Shown here: positions 36,885 to 43,115 of the stretch, one piece after another | Layout: every line of letters begins with the position of its first letter | Position numbering within the stretch: the stretch's first letter is position 1 | NCBI GenBank assembly: GCA_964201255.1 | Contig: CAXNFT010000001.1 | Location: 1 to 43,115, forward strand | Source of the DNA: Rhodoferax sp. | Lineage (GTDB): Bacteria; Pseudomonadota; Gammaproteobacteria; Burkholderiales; Burkholderiaceae_C | DNA: 43,115 bases | Reading direction: 5' to 3' | Notes under the pieces: generated by a model | Database searches by the model: none | The model's input: the letters and a program-made list of their open reading frames with translations, nothing else | Told to the model about the DNA's origin: nothing | Program-made: the position numbers and the translations under genes

Positions 36885-39056
36885 TTACTTGATCTGGTAC
36901 ACCGCCACTGAACCCGTCACCTCGTGGCCCACCACCAGCAAGGCCACTCCGTTGGGGCTCTGCGCTGCGGGGATAAATTTCAACCCCTCAGGCGAAATGT
37001 CTCCGTCGGTCAGGTCGGTCGTGTTGCGAACATACTGCACAAATTTGGGCTTGAGCGGGTTGGTGATCTGGTACATCAGAATAGCGCTGGCACGCTCCAA
37101 GGCGACAAACGCATAGGTCTCGCTGCCCACCTGGCCCACCACCACAGACTCGGGCTCAGGGCCTTTGTTGTCGAGCCGACCCAGGAGCTGCGATGCCTTA
37201 AGCAAGGCCGTGGCCTTGGTGGCGTCTTCAGCCGCGTTGTTGTAAACGATACGCTCCACGTCTTCACCTGAGTCGAACACCTGCAGGCCAGTCTCGGCAT
37301 CCCAGATCGAGAATGAACGGCTGCCCAGCATATACAGGCGGTCATAGTCACCGTCGCCATCGGTGTCGCCAAACTTACCGTTGGCGTCCTTGGCCATCAG
37401 GGTCAAGCGCCCCAACTCTTGTGCGGTGTTAATCGCAGTCACGGTTGCTGCCGGGAACGCAGTAGCGTCAAGGCTGGCCACCAGGTCGGCAAAGCGCGCG
37501 GTCTCAGCCGAGGCGCCCGTCATGAAGTCGTCACGGTCATCCCCTTCGTTAGCCGTGAGGAAATAGGTCTTGCCGTTGAGGGTGACAGTGGCAATGCCGT
37601 CGGGCATGTAGACACCAAACAGGTTGGGGTAGTTTTTAAGCTGTGCAGGCTGGGTCGGGCTGTTGTAGAGAGTGCTTGTGGTGCCGGCATACCGGTCCGA
37701 GGCTGCGATCCGGTTCTTGGTCGTGTAGTCCTTGTAGCCCAGGGCAAAGATCTTGCTGATCTTGCCGCTGGCCAGGTCAACCACGGCAACGGCATTGTTC
37801 TCTTGCAGGGTGACAAAGGCGGTTTTGCTGTCGGCTGAAATCGACACATATTCGGGCTCAAGATCCTGCGCCACGGTGGCGCCCGGGCGTCCGATCCGGA
37901 CGCCGGCGGGCAGCTCGCTCCGACGGCTTCCGCCCACGTTAAAGTCCGCAAACCCCAGCGTCGTGGCGGTATCGGCCGGCACACCGTTGGTGATCGGAAT
38001 GATGGAGATGGAGCCGTCCGGGTCAATGGTATCCGTCATGAAGGTGCTGCTGAGCTCGCCCTCATTGGCCACCACCAGGTACTTGCCATCTGGCGAGAAG
38101 GCCACGCCGTCCGGCAGCGAGCCGACTGTGACTTTCTTGAGATAGGTGGCGGTGCCGGCTGAGTCCAGGCTGTAGAAAGCAATCACACCGGCATTGGTCT
38201 TGGGCAAGGACTGCACAGCGATGGCCAGCAGGTTGCCGCTGATGTCCAGGCTCTGCACGCCGCCGGCGGTAAAGCCACCGCCGTTCACACTGGCCGCAAC
38301 ATTAACTCTGGGCGCCGCCGTCAAATTGGTGGCGGTGGTGCTATTGACCAGCGCGGTAGTCGGCAGCGCGGAAATGTCGATCCGGGCGAACGAAGATGGC
38401 TCGGCAGTGGTATCGACCGTGACAAACAAGGATTTGCTGGCAGCGTGGAAGGCGACGATCTCGGCCACCAGAGACGGGGCGGCGACTGTACCGCCACTCG
38501 CGTAGCGCCCGACCAGGCTCACACGTGGCAGGCCGGCATCCTTTGTGAACATGGCGAGCTGCTCTGTCATGTGTTGGCGGGCCGCCGACTCTGATTTCAG
38601 GCTGGTTGTCCCGGACAGCAGGGCTGTGAGATCGTTATCGCTCGCCAACGCCCAATTGGCCGGGGCTTTGGCACTTTTTGCAAGCCGGTTGTTGTCAAGT
38701 TGGATGCCGTTGCTGGGGTTGCCATCCGCGTCTGCGGATTGCAGCAAACGAGCAATGGCGACTGCGGCTGGGTCTTGGGCCCCGGTGCCACTGACCAAGT
38801 CCACGGGCGTGACCATGGCCGCGCCAGCAACCGGCGGAAACGCAATGCCACCTAAAGAGAAAGTGACGTTTGCGCCCGGTGTGTACAAGAAGCGCCCCGT
38901 AGCGTCTGTGGTCCCCGTTATGGAGCCCGAGGCGTAGCTCAACCCCTCGACGGGCGCATCAACAAAGATACCGGCGGTCAAGGGAGTTCCGCCGCCGCCG
39001 CAGGCCGAAAGAATGGCGGCAGTGATCAGGGAAAGGGACAGTGAGCGATGTTTCAT
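36885..39056 (-). CDS. Choice-of-anchor-I / alkaline-phosphatase-associated beta-propeller lipoprotein
   Basis: Lipobox LSAC; VANEGE, QDLEPEY, TLQENNA, MPDG, TANEGD, GSRSFSIW, NKGPEPE, DISPEGL. Confidence 0.85.
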   Translation of the reverse strand: MKHRSLSLSLITAAILSACGGGGTPLTAGIFVDAPVEGLSYASGSITGTTDATGRFLYTPGANVTFSLGGIAFPPVAGAAMVTPVDLVSGTGAQDPAAVAIARLLQSADADGNPSNGIQLDNNRLAKSAKAPANWALASDNDLTALLSGTTSLKSESAARQHMTEQLAMFTKDAGLPRVSLVGRYASGGTVAAPSLVAEIVAFHAASKSLFVTVDTTAEPSSFARIDISALPTTALVNSTTATNLTAAPRVNVAASVNGGGFTAGGVQSLDISGNLLAIAVQSLPKTNAGVIAFYSLDSAGTATYLKKVTVGSLPDGVAFSPDGKYLVVANEGELSSTFMTDTIDPDGSISIIPITNGVPADTATTLGFADFNVGGSRRSELPAGVRIGRPGATVAQDLEPEYVSISADSKTAFVTLQENNAVAVVDLASGKISKIFALGYKDYTTKNRIAASDRYAGTTSTLYNSPTQPAQLKNYPNLFGVYMPDGIATVTLNGKTYFLTANEGDDRDDFMTGASAETARFADLVASLDATAFPAATVTAINTAQELGRLTLMAKDANGKFGDTDGDGDYDRLYMLGSRSFSIWDAETGLQVFDSGEDVERIVYNNAAEDATKATALLKASQLLGRLDNKGPEPESVVVGQVGSETYAFVALERASAILMYQITNPLKPKFVQYVRNTTDLTDGDISPEGLKFIPAAQSPNGVALLVVGHEVTGSVAVYQIK

Positions 39057-39089
39057 GCGGCGACTACCATAAAGTGAAAATGACTTTTC

Positions 39090-39123
39090 ACTGTAATAAG
39101 TCCAGATGACGAAAATATGACAG
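39090..39123 (-). promoter_or_regulatory. Pho box plus -10 element
   Basis: CTGTCAT-ATTT-TCGTCAT (39123-39106), 10 bp spacer, TACAGT (39095-39090). Confidence 0.7.
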
Positions 39124-39183
39124 GCCATGACGCCTGCCAGGGGATAGCAGCCAATGACCACGCTGGAGGTTGGCCCGGGCTGC

Positions 39184-40572
39184 TCAGCGCATCTGCGCGC
39201 CCGCATGCGGATCGAGCCGCACAAACCACCATAGCGACAGCACGTTGACGAGGCCGACGACGATGAACGCCGGGGAGAAGTCCCCGGGCTGCAGCTCTAT
39301 GCCATTGCCACCATGCCAAAAAGAGGCCGCTGCCAGCAGGGCGGCGCCCAACACCACGCCAAAACTCAAGGAGACCTGCTGGGCCATGGCAGACAAGGCG
39401 GTGGCATGGCTCATGCGGGGAGCGGGGATTTCCGAGAAGCCCAGCGTACCCAGGCAGATCATGCACGTCGAAGTGACCAGGCCGCCCATCATCAACACCA
39501 CAAACAGCAGCAGGTGCGGCGTGGCTGGCGTGAACTGGCTGTACCCCAAGTAAAACAGGCTGCTGAGCGCGGTGGCGCCAATGAGGAGCCGACGAAAACC
39601 AAAACGTCGAATGGTCTGGGTCATCACCACCCGTGTGCCCAGGGCGCCCACTGCGGTGGCGACCGTGAGCGTGCCGGACGCCAGGGGCGACAAGCCAAAG
39701 CCCAGCTGCAACATCAGCGGCAGCAAAAAAGGCACTGCGCCAATGCCAATGCGCAGCGGCAGGCCACCAAACACCGACAGGCGGAAGGTCCGGTGGCGCA
39801 AGATAGCCAGGTCAATCAGCGGATGCTCACGCTGGCGGACATGGCGCGTATACAGCCACAGCATTGCCGCCCCCAGCAGTGCCGCCAGCCAGGACACCAG
39901 CACCGGCACCATGGTGCGCCCAGCGGTTTCCAGCGCGCCGAGCAGCAAACTCAGGCCCAAGGCCAGCAAGGCGAAACCGCCGAAGTCAAACGGCACGGGG
40001 TCATCCGCCGGCGGGTCGTCACTGACAAAAGCCAGCGTAAGTGCAATGGCCAACAGCCCAAACGGGATGTTGACCAGAAAGATCCAGCGCCAACTGGCAT
40101 AGGTGACGATGGCTCCGCCAAACAACGGGCCCATCATGCGGCCAATGATCGCCGGCACGGTGAACCAGACCATAGCCGCCACCATGCCTGCGGGCGGCAC
40201 GGCCCGCAGCAGGATCAAGCGGCCCACCGGCACCATCATGGCGCCACCCAGCCCCTGCAGGATGCGAAACACCACCAGCTCAGGCAGGCTTCCAGCCATA
40301 CCGCACAGGGCTGAGCCCAGCGAAAACAGCGCAATCGCCAGACAAAATACCCGCCGCGCGCCAAACCGGTCGGCCAGCCAGCCGCTGAGCGGCAGAAAAA
40401 CCGCTAGGCTGAGCAAGTAGGCGGTGATGGCCAGGTTAAGGTGCAGCGGCGGAACGGCCAATGAGGTAGCGATGCTGGGCAGCGCCGTGACCATCACCGA
40501 GGAATCAAGGTTTTGAAGGAACAGGGGGCTTGCCACAATGGCAGGAATCAGTCGGTCGCGGCGTAGTAGCAT
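39184..40572 (-). CDS. DHA2-type (14-TM) MFS transporter
   Basis: LD...TALP, GWLADRFGARR, RILQGLGGAMMVP, WRWIFLVNIP. Confidence 0.92.
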   Translation of the reverse strand: MLLRRDRLIPAIVASPLFLQNLDSSVMVTALPSIATSLAVPPLHLNLAITAYLLSLAVFLPLSGWLADRFGARRVFCLAIALFSLGSALCGMAGSLPELVVFRILQGLGGAMMVPVGRLILLRAVPPAGMVAAMVWFTVPAIIGRMMGPLFGGAIVTYASWRWIFLVNIPFGLLAIALTLAFVSDDPPADDPVPFDFGGFALLALGLSLLLGALETAGRTMVPVLVSWLAALLGAAMLWLYTRHVRQREHPLIDLAILRHRTFRLSVFGGLPLRIGIGAVPFLLPLMLQLGFGLSPLASGTLTVATAVGALGTRVVMTQTIRRFGFRRLLIGATALSSLFYLGYSQFTPATPHLLLFVVLMMGGLVTSTCMICLGTLGFSEIPAPRMSHATALSAMAQQVSLSFGVVLGAALLAAASFWHGGNGIELQPGDFSPAFIVVGLVNVLSLWWFVRLDPHAGAQMR

Positions 40573-40600
40573 GAGGCCATTTTAGGAAGGGACTCTTAGC

Positions 40601-42253
40601 ATGCCGTCACTGACGCTCAACCATCTGAAAATCCGAACTCGGTTCATACTGTTGTTGGTGCTGTTCCTGACTGGGTTTTTACTGTACGGCGGGTGGTCAT
40701 TCCGCACGCTTGACTCGCTCAAGGTGAATGGGCCCTTGTACCAACGGATTGTGCAGAGCAAGGACCTGATTGCCGATGTGCTGCCGCCGCCTGAATACAT
40801 CATAGAGTCTTACCTGGTGAGCCTGCAGCTGGTCAGTGCGAGTGGCAAGACCGAGCAGGATCGATTGGTGGAACGGCTCAAGGCCCTGAAAAAAGACTAC
40901 GACGACCGCCATGTCTATTGGTCACGGGAAACGCTTGAGCCCGAACTCGCTGCGCTGTTGCTCAAGTCGTCTTACGAGCCAGCCATGGCGTTCTACAGCC
41001 TGGCCTTTGACCAGCTGATTCCGGCGGTCCGGGCCGACAACCGGGAGGCCATCAGCGCCACCACCCTGCGCATCAACCAGGCTTACGATAGCCATCGCAC
41101 CGCCATTGACAAAGTGGTGGCCATGTCCATTCAGCGCGCTGCCCAGGACGAGGCCGGCGCCAAGGACAGCATTCGCTCCGCCATGACCTTGCTGCTGCTG
41201 ATTTTGGCAGGCTCGGTGGCCGTTTGCCTGGGTGTGGCTTTCATGATCATCCACAGCATCCTGCGCCCGCTGAATCAGGCCGTCAGTGTCGTCAAGACCT
41301 TTGCTGCCGGTGACCTGCGCACCCAGTTCAATGCCGACGGCAGGGACGAGTTCGCTCAGCTGCTGCAGGCCTTGCAGGAGATGCAGGCCAAACTGGTCAC
41401 ACTGGTGTCTGGCGTGCGTGAAGGCTCAAACCAAGTGGCGGTGGCCTCGGCCGAAATTGCCCAGGGTAACCAGGATCTGAGCAACCGAACCGAATTGCAG
41501 GCCAGCGCGCTGCAGCAGACGGCAGCCTCCATGGAGGAGCTGGGCTCGGTCATGAACCAGCATACCGACACGGCACGCCAGGCCAGCATGCTGGCGCAGA
41601 AAGCCAGCAGCACAGCCATGCAGGGCGGCCAGGTGGTGGCACAGGTGGTGGACACCATGCGGGGCATCAATGAGGCCTCTCGCAAGATCGCCGACATCAT
41701 CAGCGTGATCGACGGTATTGCATTCCAAACCAACATCCTGGCCCTGAACGCCGCCGTGGAGGCGGCCCGGGCCGGCGAGCAGGGCCGCGGTTTTGCCGTG
41801 GTGGCGAGCGAGGTGCGCAGCCTGGCCGGGCGCAGCGCCGAGGCGGCCCGGGAAATCAAAGCCCTGATCAACACCAGCGTCGAGCGCGTCGCCCAGGGCT
41901 CGCAACTCGTCGACCGGGCGGGTCACACCATGACCGATGTGGTAGCCAGCATCCAGCAGGTGACCGATCTGATTAGTGTGATCAGCTCGGCCAGCGCCGA
42001 GCAGACCGCGGGAGTCAACCAGATCACCGAGGCCGTTACCCATATGGACCAAGCGACCCAACAAAACGCTGCTCTGGTGGAGCAGATGGCTGCAGCGGCC
42101 CAGAGCCTCAGGTTCCTGTCCCAGGAGTTGGTGGGCCGGGTGGCCATGTTCGGCGTCGACAAGGCAGCGACAACCGCAAGGCCTGGGACGGCGCCTCTCG
42201 CACTGCCGTCGGCAGGCACAGCGCAGAAAGAAGTCGCCTGGGAATCCTTTTAG
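40601..42253 (+). CDS. Methyl-accepting chemotaxis protein
   Basis: Two TMs, periplasmic helical sensor, [34 protein letters not shown]. Confidence 0.96.
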   Translation: MPSLTLNHLKIRTRFILLLVLFLTGFLLYGGWSFRTLDSLKVNGPLYQRIVQSKDLIADVLPPPEYIIESYLVSLQLVSASGKTEQDRLVERLKALKKDYDDRHVYWSRETLEPELAALLLKSSYEPAMAFYSLAFDQLIPAVRADNREAISATTLRINQAYDSHRTAIDKVVAMSIQRAAQDEAGAKDSIRSAMTLLLLILAGSVAVCLGVAFMIIHSILRPLNQAVSVVKTFAAGDLRTQFNADGRDEFAQLLQALQEMQAKLVTLVSGVREGSNQVAVASAEIAQGNQDLSNRTELQASALQQTAASMEELGSVMNQHTDTARQASMLAQKASSTAMQGGQVVAQVVDTMRGINEASRKIADIISVIDGIAFQTNILALNAAVEAARAGEQGRGFAVVASEVRSLAGRSAEAAREIKALINTSVERVAQGSQLVDRAGHTMTDVVASIQQVTDLISVISSASAEQTAGVNQITEAVTHMDQATQQNAALVEQMAAAAQSLRFLSQELVGRVAMFGVDKAATTARPGTAPLALPSAGTAQKEVAWESF

Positions 42254-43104
42254 CCAGGCAGGGTTGCCAGTAATCGCTGGCTCGCCGCCAGACATTCAGC
42301 GGCCCAGGCCGGCGCTGGCGTATCTGCTTCGCGCTGCAGGTTGATCATCTCTATGCTCACCGGCAGATCTGGCGGCAATGCGGCAAACAAGCCGCGCAGG
42401 TCGATGTTGCCCTCACCCGGCATGAGCCGCTCGCAGCGGGCGGTGTGTAACAACTGCTCGGTGCTGAAGTGTGTGCCGGCCTCACCGTCGCAGATCTGGG
42501 CATAGTGCAGCAAGCTGCGCGGGATGGCTCGAATGTCGTCCAGAGTGGTGTTGGAGCGGCCAAAGTGCAGCGCATCAACCAAAATGCCGGCGTTGGCCGG
42601 GCTGCCGGCGGCTTCGACCAGCGCCAAAGCACTGCGGGCGTCGGGCACCGCCGTCCAGGGCATGAACTCCAGGTCGGCCGTAAGGCCAAAAGGCGCCATC
42701 TGCTCGCACAGCCGGGCATAGCTGGTAGCCAGGCGCGCTGGTTCGGTGTCGTCACCAACCACCAGCACGGCGCGAGCGCCCAGTTCAGCGCCGGCCTCGA
42801 ACAAGGGCAGGTACAGGCGGGGGTCAAATCCCTCGCCAATGCGCACGATCTCCAGATCAAACACGCCCACGCCGGTGTCGCGGCAGGCGGCCAGGGTCTC
42901 GCGCATCAGCGCTGCGTCACCCAGCAGGTGCTGATACGGCGTGCCCGGGACATTGGGCCACAGGCGCAGGCCAACAAAGTTGTAACCGGTAGCGGCGGCC
43001 ACGCGCACCGCCTCGGGCGCCCCGCAACGGTGGGCCGTCAGGTAGGCCATGGCGTAGGCACGGGCCCCAGGCGGCGGGGGTAGCGAGGCGAGACTGTCGT
43101 TCAT
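42250..43104 (-). CDS. Sugar phosphate isomerase/epimerase (xylose-isomerase-like TIM barrel)
   Basis: LEFMPW, LVDALH, QICD, RLMPGEG.IDL, SIE. Confidence 0.85.
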   Translation of the reverse strand: MNDSLASLPPPPGARAYAMAYLTAHRCGAPEAVRVAAATGYNFVGLRLWPNVPGTPYQHLLGDAALMRETLAACRDTGVGVFDLEIVRIGEGFDPRLYLPLFEAGAELGARAVLVVGDDTEPARLATSYARLCEQMAPFGLTADLEFMPWTAVPDARSALALVEAAGSPANAGILVDALHFGRSNTTLDDIRAIPRSLLHYAQICDGEAGTHFSTEQLLHTARCERLMPGEGNIDLRGLFAALPPDLPVSIEMINLQREADTPAPAWAAECLAASQRLLATLPG

Positions 43105-43115
43105 GGCATTCAGAT

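Noticed and set aside
1-43115. CRISPR array, tRNA, rRNA, prophage or integrase
   Set aside because: No regularly spaced repeats, RNA-gene signatures, phage genes or recombinases were recognised by eye

Overview
GC-rich bacterial window, probably Betaproteobacteria/Comamonadaceae-like (inferred from protein styles and a Comamonadaceae-type intergenic repeat at about 33.5 kb), that is almost entirely accessory catabolic DNA. From left to right: (i) a parDE-type toxin-antitoxin pair bracketed by a degenerate direct repeat, then a decayed IS3-family element whose break point coincides with a 50-bp hairpin; (ii) an ~18-kb catabolic island with a TRAP transporter, YdhR, MarR, two ATP-dependent hydantoinase/oxoprolinase A/B pairs, a non-canonical alanine-racemase-fold enzyme, a threonine aldolase, two GSTs and a PhyH dioxygenase; (iii) a second cluster with AtuA, crotonase, hydrolases, a His6-bearing acetamidase, SDR, NitT/TauT ABC transporter, GMC oxidase, CMD and an OYE/Fe-S flavoenzyme, with vapBC inside it; (iv) an AAA/DUF4143 ATPase, a Pho-box-preceded choice-of-anchor-I lipoprotein gene flanked by a 115-bp duplication of the neighbouring MFS gene end, an MCP and a TIM-barrel isomerase. 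No rRNA, tRNA or CRISPR array was seen. All product calls come from reading motifs by eye, not from database searches.
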